Shown piece after piece: positions 40,799-51,454 of a stretch of 64,000 nucleotides of DNA. The stretch covers positions 18,863 to 82,862 of the forward strand of contig JADLFI010000034.1 in assembly GCA_020845635.1 (NCBI GenBank), written 5' to 3'. The notes beneath the pieces were generated by a model. The model worked only from the letters and a program-made list of their open reading frames with translations, did not search any database and was not told the origin of the DNA. Within the stretch, counting starts at the first letter, position 1, and every line of letters starts with the position of its first letter. The stretch is from Bacteroidia bacterium (GTDB lineage Bacteria > Bacteroidota > Bacteroidia > UBA4408). A program made the position numbers and the translations under genes.

Positions 40799-42583
40799 TT
40801 AAAATTGATGTGCTTTTGTTACCGAATAAAAAAATTGTTTCATGTCCCAGGCAGAGGTTGGGCAACGCTCGGCACATAAGCCACAGTGCAAGCATACATT
40901 TTCATCTTTTATCATTACCTTGGTAGTAGGTAATTGCCCCGACACGTATAAACTTTGATCGGTATTATTGGCTGGTACTTTTAACAATCCTCTCAAAATA
41001 CTTTCATCATCATTGTTTGGTGTAAATGTAATACATGATGTAGGACAAATATCAACACATGCATCACATTCAATACATTTATCTTTATCAAAAACAGTTT
41101 GAACATCGCAGTTTAAGCAACGCTGCGCTTCTTTGAAGGCTACTTGCTCATCAAAACCCAATTCAACTTCTTTTTTTATACTCTTTAACGTAAGCGACTT
41201 ATCCGCTTGGGGTACCACATATCTATGGTCTGTCCAAATATCATTGTCGTATGACCATTCATGAATTCCCATTTTTTGACTTACCAAATTTACAAATGGC
41301 GATGGGCGGTCTTTTACCATATCTCTATTGGTACACTTCAAATGGATAGATATAGCGGCTTGATGACCTTGTGCTACAGAGGTAATAATATTCTTGGGGC
41401 CAAATGCTGCATCGCCCCCAAAAAATACTTTTGAATGAGTAGATGCAAAAGTAACTTCATTTACAACAGGCATACCACGGTCGTTAAACTCAAGACCTAA
41501 ATCTCGCTCAATCCATGGAAAACTATTCTCTTGACCTATCGCAATAATTACATCATCTGCTTCAATAAACGCAGGAGCTTCACCGGTAGGAACCAATTTC
41601 CTGTTACCTTTGTCATCATATACGGCTTTTACCTTTTCAAAAGTCATACCGCACAGTTTACCTTGTTCAATAACAAACGACACCGGAACATGATTATCAA
41701 TAATTGGAATGTCTTCATGAATAGCATCTTCTTTCTCCCAAGGCGAAGCTTTCATATCGGCATAAGGGCTTCTAACTACCACTTTAACCTGTTCACCCCC
41801 AAGCCTTCGGGCGGTACGGCAGCAATCCATTGCGGTATTGCCTCCGCCTAAAACAATTACTCTTTTACCTATACTTTTGGTATGCTCAAAAGCTACAGAG
41901 GCTAACCAATTAATTCCTATGTGAATGTTTGATGCCCCTTCTTTTCTACCGGGTAAATTTGCCAAATCTTTACCTTTAGGTGCACCGGAACCAACAAAAA
42001 CAGCATCATATCCTTTATTTATAAGCTCTTTTAGGCTGTCCACATAATGATTAAAGTGGCTATGAATTCCTAAATTCAATATATATCCAACTTCTTCATC
42101 CAGTACTTCCTCAGGAAGGCGGAATGCCGGTATTTGACTACGCATAAAACCTCCACCTTTGCTTTGTTCATCATAAAGATGAATCTCGTACCCTTGGGGT
42201 GCTAAATCTCGTGCTACTGTTAGCGATGCAGGACCACCGCCTACCAAGGCCACTTTTTTACCATTAGGGGTAAATGGAGCTTGAGGCATTAAATTCTTTA
42301 CTTCTGACTTATGGTCGGCAGCTACACGCTTTAAGCGGCATATTGCCACAGGTTCTTCCTCTACACGACCTCTACGACAGGCCGGCTCACACGGACGGTC
42401 GCATGTGCGTCCCAAAACTCCCGGAAAAACATTGGAATCCCAGTTAACCATATAAGCTTCGGTATATTTACCTTGTGCTATTAATCTAATATACTCAGGT
42501 ACCGGTGTGTGGGATGGACAAGCGTATTGGCAGTCAACAACCTTATGAAAATATTCGGGGTTATTAATATCGGTTGGTTCCAT
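40799..42583 (-). CDS. NAD(P)H-dependent oxidoreductase of the glutamate synthase small-subunit (GltD) family, fused to a C-terminal 2x[4Fe-4S] ferredoxin domain
   Basis: The N-terminal Cys-rich GltD-type Fe-S region is present, followed by two Rossmann GGGPAS/GGGNTA motifs. Two CxxCxxCxxxCP motifs (CIECDACVDICP, CLHCGLCAERCP) lie at the C-terminus. Confidence 0.7.
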   Translation of the reverse strand: MEPTDINNPEYFHKVVDCQYACPSHTPVPEYIRLIAQGKYTEAYMVNWDSNVFPGVLGRTCDRPCEPACRRGRVEEEPVAICRLKRVAADHKSEVKNLMPQAPFTPNGKKVALVGGGPASLTVARDLAPQGYEIHLYDEQSKGGGFMRSQIPAFRLPEEVLDEEVGYILNLGIHSHFNHYVDSLKELINKGYDAVFVGSGAPKGKDLANLPGRKEGASNIHIGINWLASVAFEHTKSIGKRVIVLGGGNTAMDCCRTARRLGGEQVKVVVRSPYADMKASPWEKEDAIHEDIPIIDNHVPVSFVIEQGKLCGMTFEKVKAVYDDKGNRKLVPTGEAPAFIEADDVIIAIGQENSFPWIERDLGLEFNDRGMPVVNEVTFASTHSKVFFGGDAAFGPKNIITSVAQGHQAAISIHLKCTNRDMVKDRPSPFVNLVSQKMGIHEWSYDNDIWTDHRYVVPQADKSLTLKSIKKEVELGFDEQVAFKEAQRCLNCDVQTVFDKDKCIECDACVDICPTSCITFTPNNDDESILRGLLKVPANNTDQSLYVSGQLPTTKVMIKDENVCLHCGLCAERCPTSAWDMKQFFYSVTKAHQF

Positions 42584-43860
42584 TATTATTATTTACTGTT
42601 TATTATGTATTTTTTTTATCTTAAAAACTTATATATAACATACTTTTTATAAAGATATAATTGCATTTTAAAATGAATTATAACTTCTATAAAAAGCAAA
42701 AATAGTATTAATTATTATAAGCCAAGTACAGTTTTAAATAGGTTATCAATATATTTCTATTAATTTGAAAAATAAAAATTATGTGCACTTTGTTCTGCTT
42801 GATTAGTCAGGGAAATAGAAATTAATTAGAATGATTTTAAATATATATATATTGTCAGTTCAACTTATAAAAATAGCCTGTTTTTGCTAAAATTTTGATA
42901 GTAGGGATATTCTAGAATATTTAAAAATCAGAAGGTGAAATTACCCCAAAGGGCTATTATAAAATAGACTTCGACAATATCACAAAATGTTGGTAAAAAT
43001 ATCAGTAGATAAACAAAATGGCAATATAGGTGTGGAAAAGGTTGAAACCATTCTACGAAATACATACAACACCAAAGGTTTTCGATTTAAATCTGAGCTA
43101 TAGAAATGCGAGTTTTTTTTCAAAACAGTTATACCGTTTTTTATTATATTATAGTATTATGGCATTGAAAATATGCCTTATTTGATTTGCGAAATATAGA
43201 TATATACTTCTTTAACTATCAATAAAATATAGTTATTTACTTAACTAAATATGGAATGAAAAGACTATCAGTTTATTTCGGATTAATTGCGTGAGAAAAG
43301 CAGTACGGCAAGAATCAACAATGGTATGAGTGATTATGCTTATTGGCTGTTTTTGTTAAGCCCTCAAAAAAACATGGCAGATGTTATTAAGCAAATTAAA
43401 GCTAGCCATTCTCACTTCAGGACAATCTAATTTCATTTATATTTGTTTGGTAAATTGGTTATGCAGCCAATCCTGTTTCTGAATTAAGTGTTGAAAATGT
43501 TTTTAAACAAATAAAAAATTTAAAACTCCACCACCAATAGAGAATATTTTAGAATGATTTTGATAATAAATTAACTAAGTGGATTATGGGCTTCATAGGG
43601 CATCAGTAGAACGAAACCAAGATAATAATGTATTCAACTAAATAAGAGATATATTAGAGGCGATATACGCACATTGCTAATAATAAAGTGAATAAACTAA
43701 AAATTAGTGATAACAACTAAACCAACAAAAATACTTGTATTCGAACAAGGGAGGCATTTTTGCAATTTTCAAAAAGTCCAAGTTCAACCTTTGATGACTG
43801 CGTGTGTCTGTTCCGATGCGCCAAGTAACCAACCATAATCAATAATAATCCGAAACGTAC

Positions 43861-44430
43861 ATGAATCGCCTAAGGCTACTATTATTATCAACAATTATAT
43901 TTACGTGTTACGGAAACCTACTAGCACAAAACAGTTCATTGAAAAAGAACTATAGTGGGTTAATTCCTTCTGTACTTGTAGAGCCTTACGATACTATTGA
44001 TGCTGTTGAAATTAACTTTTTCCCTTTCTTGTATGAATTAAGGATTGGAAAAAGTAATGATGTAGGATTTCAAATTAGACCTATACTAAATTATAGATTT
44101 CCTAAAGGTAAAAACGGGTTTAGTCAAATAGGAGGGACAGTAGTAATGAACAAGTACTTTCTTAATATTTTTGATGACAACTTTTGGCTAAAGCCTCAAT
44201 TTGGAGTTTTTTATACCTATGCCTATAATCGACTTGACAAAATAAAAACTATGACATTAGGAATAGAACCGGGGGCTTTCATGAAAATTACCGAAGGCCT
44301 TTCCTTATCAGTGAGCTTACAACCGGGAATAAATTATTATCCTAATAAATTCTCACAAGTGTTTGTAGGTACAAAAAGTGGTTTTAAAGGTCATTTTGGG
44401 TTTATATTTCACATTGGATATAACTTCTAA
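43861..44430 (+). CDS. Small outer membrane beta-barrel protein (signal peptide, C-terminal aromatic residue)
   Basis: There is a signal peptide MNRLRLLLLSTIIFTCYGNLLAQ. Alternating hydrophobic beta-strands end in ...GYNF. Confidence 0.4.
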   Translation: MNRLRLLLLSTIIFTCYGNLLAQNSSLKKNYSGLIPSVLVEPYDTIDAVEINFFPFLYELRIGKSNDVGFQIRPILNYRFPKGKNGFSQIGGTVVMNKYFLNIFDDNFWLKPQFGVFYTYAYNRLDKIKTMTLGIEPGAFMKITEGLSLSVSLQPGINYYPNKFSQVFVGTKSGFKGHFGFIFHIGYNF

Positions 44431-44615
44431 TCCGTATTAATCAATGCTAACCCATAAGTATAAAATGAAGCGTGGATTTTATTTACCCAGTATGGCTAAA
44501 CCCTAGATTTGGCACAGCTTAACCTCTTTTTTATTTTATTTGCATATACGGTGTTTTTATTACCAACAGCTTTTGAAAATAATGGGTACTTTTTTCAATA
44601 ACTCTCCCAATTTAG

Positions 44616-46304
44616 TTACTTTAATTTTTTCTTTTTATTATTCATATTCACAAAAGCCTTCCAAGTAAAAATATCATCGGGTTTTAAGGGACGGTATTCT
44701 TGATACCATGAAAAATCTTTTAAAATCATCTCTTGTGGTTTCACATTTTCGGGTGGATACATAATGCCTGAAGGTTTATTGTACATTTTCAATCTTTCAA
44801 CTTTGTCATCTTTTACATATATAGAAATGTCGCTGCACTCGGCTTTGTTCACACCTGACAAGGAACCATCATCATCATCCTTAACATAATATACCGTTTC
44901 GCCATTGCCCTTTACATCAATTTTGCGAAGTTCATTGCTTTTAAAATAGCCAAACATTTTTTTTCCTTTAATTTGGTTATACCTCAAACTGTCGTACTGT
45001 GAAACAATAAAAGCATCATTTAGCATATTTAATTGATATATTTCGCCTTCGTATAGCTTAATATTAATAAATTCGGCAGTAAGCTGGTTGGCATCGCTCC
45101 ACAAAATAGGTTTTTTAAAGAGTTTCATCAGTGAGTCGGCACTGCCGTACACTAATGAGTCGCACAAACCTTGCAAATCTTGCTTAAAGAACTTAACTTT
45201 ATTGTAAGCAAATATTAATCGGTGTGCAGCAGCTATAGAGTCTTCCATTTGCACTTTTATCTCACTTTTTGGCCCTTTTTTATTTTCGTTTTTTTGTGCT
45301 GCTTCTTTTTCTTTAATTTTTTTTAAGGCAAAATAAGTACTGTCATAGCTGGCTTTTAGCGTATCGGCATGTAAATAAAGAGTATCATCTTTAAAGTAAT
45401 GAATCATTACAGCTTTATCGGTAACTATGGTTTTTTCTTCGTTCTCAAAATACTGTAACAGCCCTCCTTTAATTTTTATTTTTTGAGTACTGTCCTCAAT
45501 AGCTACATTATTAAAAGCCCGTCCAATGCCACCTTTTGAATCGTAATACAAACTATCGCCATACAGCAACTGCTCTTTGGTTTTTATCCATGCGTTACGA
45601 TTAAACTGAGCTTTATCAGTTTGGGTGTTATACCAGCCGTTTTCGCAGTAAATGCGGTTTGATTTGCTGATAATTTTTGTAGGTCCGTTAAAGAAGGCAG
45701 TTTCGGTAACCGTGTTATACTTTAAAGTGTCTGAATACATGGTGTAATCAGGGTTTACCAATATTACATCATTTTTAAAAAACAAAAACTTGGTTTTACT
45801 GTAATAATATCCGTACTGACTGGTAAGAGTGTTTCCTTTAGTAACAATTTTACCTTTTTGGGTGTAGGAGGCAATATTGCCGGCCATATTAAAATCAATT
45901 TGGGTGGTAGTTAAGGTAAGTTCCTTATCTTGCAATGTAACGGTTTTCCCATTTACTAAAGCTATTTTTTGATTGCCATTGTATTTCAAGAAATCACCAT
46001 ATAAATGTGTGCTATCACCTTGATTAATGTGAATGTGTCCAAAAGCATCTATTGAATTATTATCGTAATAATAGGCACTATCGGCAAACATCAAAGTGTT
46101 ATCATGCTTAAATTGCACATTGCCTAATAATCGCTTTGCTCCATTACCCAAATTCTCATCATATTCAAACGAGTCGGCATTGATTATTTCTACCTTGCTT
46201 ACCTTTTGTGACAATGCTTGTGAATGAATAAATAAAATAAACATTCCGGTTAAAATAATTTCCGAAATATATTTTATTCTTATTGTCATTGTTTTATGTA
46301 CCAT
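44616..46304 (-). CDS. OstA-like (LptA/LptC-fold) repeat protein, periplasmic/outer-membrane associated
   Basis: At least three tandem OstA_N-like segments are present (for example LLGNVQFKHDNTLMFADSAYYYD...AFGHIHINQG). Length is 562 aa. Confidence 0.4.
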   Translation of the reverse strand: MVHKTMTIRIKYISEIILTGMFILFIHSQALSQKVSKVEIINADSFEYDENLGNGAKRLLGNVQFKHDNTLMFADSAYYYDNNSIDAFGHIHINQGDSTHLYGDFLKYNGNQKIALVNGKTVTLQDKELTLTTTQIDFNMAGNIASYTQKGKIVTKGNTLTSQYGYYYSKTKFLFFKNDVILVNPDYTMYSDTLKYNTVTETAFFNGPTKIISKSNRIYCENGWYNTQTDKAQFNRNAWIKTKEQLLYGDSLYYDSKGGIGRAFNNVAIEDSTQKIKIKGGLLQYFENEEKTIVTDKAVMIHYFKDDTLYLHADTLKASYDSTYFALKKIKEKEAAQKNENKKGPKSEIKVQMEDSIAAAHRLIFAYNKVKFFKQDLQGLCDSLVYGSADSLMKLFKKPILWSDANQLTAEFINIKLYEGEIYQLNMLNDAFIVSQYDSLRYNQIKGKKMFGYFKSNELRKIDVKGNGETVYYVKDDDDGSLSGVNKAECSDISIYVKDDKVERLKMYNKPSGIMYPPENVKPQEMILKDFSWYQEYRPLKPDDIFTWKAFVNMNNKKKKLK

Positions 46305-46365
46305 TCCCCGATGAAGTACTTTTAATCAAACTAATGCATACCAATTCACTCGGGTAATTTAAGTA

Positions 46366-47997
<1,632 letters not shown>

Positions 47998-48008
<11 letters not shown>

Positions 48009-48513
48009 CTTCGCTTGGTTTAAAGTGTTCGCAGTGTCCATTTCTTTCTAATTGGTTACATTTTCCAAAGAAATGAAGTGAATGGTGTGTTATTTTAAAA
48101 TTCAATAATTCTTCGGTTAATGTTTGAATTTGCTGAATACGTGGGTCGCAAAATTCCAACACTCTTCCACAGTCAACACATATAAGGTGATCGTGTTGTT
48201 TATATTTATACGATTTTTCGAATTGAGCAATATTCTTACCGAACTGATGTTTCTTTATTAAGTTACACTCCAATAGCAAATCAGTGGTGTTGTACAAAGT
48301 GGCACGGCTTACCCTGTACTTTTTGTTTTTCATTAAAACGTACAGCGATTCAATATCAAAATGTCCCTCATGGCTGTATATTTCTTCAAGTATTGCAAAC
48401 CTTTCAGGAGTTTTTCTATGTCCGTGTTTTTCCAGATACTCTTTAAATATTTGTCTTACCGCCAGTTTTGTGTCTGTTACTTGTTTGATATTTTGATTTT
48501 TGTTCGTGTTCAA
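47998..48513 (-). CDS. fur: Fur-family metalloregulator
   Basis: The motifs [25 protein letters not shown] and [10 protein letters not shown] (Zn/Fe sites) are present. Confidence 0.75.
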
Positions 48514-48548
48514 AATATTTTATTTTATGACATTGACAATACTAATTA

Positions 48549-49790
48549 TTAAACCGATGCAATTTTATCGGCCATGTACTGACCTGATTTTAACTTTTGA
48601 ACAATTTTTGAGAACGATTCAATAGTATAATTTACATCTTCTAAGGTATGTGATGCAGTAGGAATTATTCTCAAAATAATCATTCCTTTAGGAACAACAG
48701 GGTAAACTACCATAGAGCAGAAAATATCAAAGTTTTCGCGAAGATCCATAATTAAATTGGTAGCTTCCGGAATAGAACCATTCATATAAACCGGAGTTAC
48801 CGGAGTATTGGTAACTCCAATTTCAAATCCGGCAGCTTTTAAGCCATTTTGCAGGGCATTGGTAATTTCCCATAATTTATCTTTATATTCAGGATGATTA
48901 CGCATTAGCTCCAATCTTTTTAAAGCTCCAATTACCAATGGCAATGGCAAGCTCTTGGCAAAAATCTGTGAACGCATATTGTAACGCAAATATTCTACAA
49001 CCTGCTCATCGCTGCTAATAAATCCGCCAATTAAGGCAAACGATTTTGCAAAGGTACCAAAGTAAATATCAATACCATCTTGGCAACCTTGTTCTACACC
49101 TGTTCCGCCACCGTTTTTACCCATTGTTCCAATACCGTGTGCATCATCAACAAATAAACGGAATTTGAATTTGTTTTTTAATGCCACAATTTCTTTCAAC
49201 TTTCCTTGGTCGCCACGCATACCAAATACACCTTCGGTTATCACCATAATACCACCTCCTGTTTCCTTTGCAAGTTTGGTGGCACGTTCAAGCTGCTTCT
49301 CGCAATCGGCAATATCGTTATGTTTAAACACATATCGTTTACCCATATGTAATCTTACACCATCTAAAATGCAAGCATGCGACTCAGCATCATATACTAT
49401 AATATCTCTGCGGTCAACCAAGCAGTCAATAGCACTAACCATGGCTTGATAACCAAAATTACAAAGAATGGTATCTTGTTTGTTTACAAAGGCAGAGAGT
49501 TCGCTCTCCAACTGCTCGTGATAGGAAGTATTGCCACTCAGCATACGAGCACCCATAGGGGCAGCCAAACCAAACTTTTGTGCCGCCTCGGCATCGGCCT
49601 TGCGCACCTCCGGATGATTGGCTAAACCTAAATAATTATTTAAACTCCAATTTAATTTTTTCTTACCTCTAAAGGTCATGTGAGGTCCTATATCGCCTTC
49701 AAGTTTTGGGAAAGTAAAGTATCCGTGTGATTCTTTTGAATGTTGTCCTATTGGGCCTCTGTTGTTTTTTATTTTTTCAAAAATATCCAT
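48549..49790 (-). CDS. Alpha-oxoamine synthase family PLP enzyme. Candidates are 8-amino-7-oxononanoate synthase (BioF), glycine C-acetyltransferase (Kbl), serine palmitoyltransferase (Spt) or cysteate-C-fatty-acyltransferase (Cfat)
   Basis: The 413 aa protein has a PLP lysine motif GTFAKSFALIGG. This is of the G-T-F-x-K-S type seen in Spt-like members. Confidence 0.75.
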   Translation of the reverse strand: MDIFEKIKNNRGPIGQHSKESHGYFTFPKLEGDIGPHMTFRGKKKLNWSLNNYLGLANHPEVRKADAEAAQKFGLAAPMGARMLSGNTSYHEQLESELSAFVNKQDTILCNFGYQAMVSAIDCLVDRRDIIVYDAESHACILDGVRLHMGKRYVFKHNDIADCEKQLERATKLAKETGGGIMVITEGVFGMRGDQGKLKEIVALKNKFKFRLFVDDAHGIGTMGKNGGGTGVEQGCQDGIDIYFGTFAKSFALIGGFISSDEQVVEYLRYNMRSQIFAKSLPLPLVIGALKRLELMRNHPEYKDKLWEITNALQNGLKAAGFEIGVTNTPVTPVYMNGSIPEATNLIMDLRENFDIFCSMVVYPVVPKGMIILRIIPTASHTLEDVNYTIESFSKIVQKLKSGQYMADKIASV

Positions 49791-49971
49791 AAGTATATAA
49801 AATTATATTCAGTTACAAACTACAAAATTAAGCATTTTGTTTAACTTAAAATAAAATTTACTTAGCCTTTTTACACAATTTCATGAATATATCAATAATG
49901 TTGACAAAGTTTGATAATTAGTTTTTAGGAAATACCTATAATACATTTACTTTGCATGCCAAATTACAAAA

Positions 49972-51093
49972 ATGCTTTCTATCAATACTTCCAAAAACAT
50001 TACCGGCATTAATCGCCACAAAGCCCTACTTGTTCTTGAAGATGGTTCGGTTTTTTCGGGAAAAGCCATAGGGAAAATTGGAACAACAACCGGTGAAATT
50101 TGCTTTAATACCGGCATGTCGGGATATCAAGAAATTTTAACCGACCCCTCGTATTATGGTCAGTTGGTAGTTATGAATAATGTTCATATTGGCAATTACG
50201 GGGTTAAAGACTCGGAATTTGAATCGGATGGAATTAAGGCCGAAGGATTGATTGTGAAAAGTTTTAGCCAAATTTACTCACGCCCTGCCGCTAACCATAG
50301 TTTGCAAAATTATATGGAACAGTATGAAAAAGTGGGTATCAGTGATGTTGATACACGTGCTATTGTTCGCCACATCAGAGATAAAGGTGCTATGAATGCT
50401 ATCATCTCGTCCGAAACTGATGATATTGAAAACTTGAAAGAGCAACTTAAGAAAGTGCCTTCAATGAGCGGTCTGGAACTTTCGAGCAAAGTTTCCACAA
50501 AAAAACCTTACGCTTACGGAAATGAGAATGGTATTAAGGTAGCTGTTTTAGATTATGGGATAAAAGAAAATATTTTAAGGTGTTTGGCTGCTCAAGGACT
50601 ATATTTAATGGTGTTTCCATACAATACCAAGGCTTCAGAAATGGAAAAATGGGAGCCTCAAGCTTATCATTTAAGCAACGGGCCCGGTGACCCTGCTGCT
50701 ATGGTTAATGAGATAAAAGAAGTAAGTCAACTTATTCAAATAGGCAAACCAATATTTGGTATTTGCTTTGGACATCAATTACTTGCGCGCGCCTGTGGTG
50801 TTTCAACTTATAAAATGAAAAACGGACATAGAGGGATTAATCATCCTGTAAAAAATTTATTAACCGGAAAAAGCGAAATTACTTCTCAAAATCATGGTTT
50901 TACCGTTTCTGCCGAAGATATTAAAAAGAATAAGGAAATAGAGGTTACACATATTAACCTGAATGACAATACTATTGAGGGTCTGAGACTTAAAAACAGA
51001 CCTATGTTTAGTGTTCAACATCATCCGGAGGCAGCCCCCGGACCAAATGACAGCAAATATTTGTTTGAAGACTTTGCCAAAATGTTGAAATAA
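49972..51093 (+). CDS. carA: Carbamoyl-phosphate synthase small (glutamine amidotransferase) subunit
   Basis: The CPSase small-subunit N-domain is present. The GATase motif is GICFGHQLL with the catalytic Cys. Confidence 0.9.
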   Translation: MLSINTSKNITGINRHKALLVLEDGSVFSGKAIGKIGTTTGEICFNTGMSGYQEILTDPSYYGQLVVMNNVHIGNYGVKDSEFESDGIKAEGLIVKSFSQIYSRPAANHSLQNYMEQYEKVGISDVDTRAIVRHIRDKGAMNAIISSETDDIENLKEQLKKVPSMSGLELSSKVSTKKPYAYGNENGIKVAVLDYGIKENILRCLAAQGLYLMVFPYNTKASEMEKWEPQAYHLSNGPGDPAAMVNEIKEVSQLIQIGKPIFGICFGHQLLARACGVSTYKMKNGHRGINHPVKNLLTGKSEITSQNHGFTVSAEDIKKNKEIEVTHINLNDNTIEGLRLKNRPMFSVQHHPEAAPGPNDSKYLFEDFAKMLK

Positions 51094-51429
51094 TTCCCTA
51101 GTATATATTTGCTTATTTAGCTTTAATTAAGCCTCCACGCAGTTTTTTTATGATTTGTTGCACAACTAATTTGCAATTAGAGCATTATTCTATGTTTGTT
51201 ATTTGAAATATTAGAATAAAAGGTTTAAGTGAAGATATAATTAATTGCGATGACCAAAAGGTAATAATTTTCTAATTTTAGGGTAGCTAATTTGAATTAA
51301 AACCTTCTTCACGAAAAAATTTTAGCCTTAGGCAGTGAAATTAAAATTTGCCGACACAATCCCTTTTTTTAATCATTTTATATATTTAAGCCAAATATTG
51401 ATTAATCTTTAATTCAATGTATAAAACTT

Positions 51430-51437
51430 TATATTTG
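51430..51437 (+). promoter_or_regulatory. Candidate -7 box TATATTTG upstream of the nuclease gene
   Basis: Match to TAnnTTTG about 18 nt upstream of the ATG at 51455. Confidence 0.25.
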
Positions 51438-51454
51438 GTGTAATATATTTGATT

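Noticed and set aside
43261-43440. Short ORFs (about 34 aa, for example MSDYAYWLFLLSPQKNMADVIKQIKASHSHFRTI) in the long intergenic gap
   Set aside because: They are too short, have no recognisable signals and are expected by chance in 1.3 kb. Only the 38 aa ORF at 42987-43103 followed by a T-rich hairpin is retained as a candidate.
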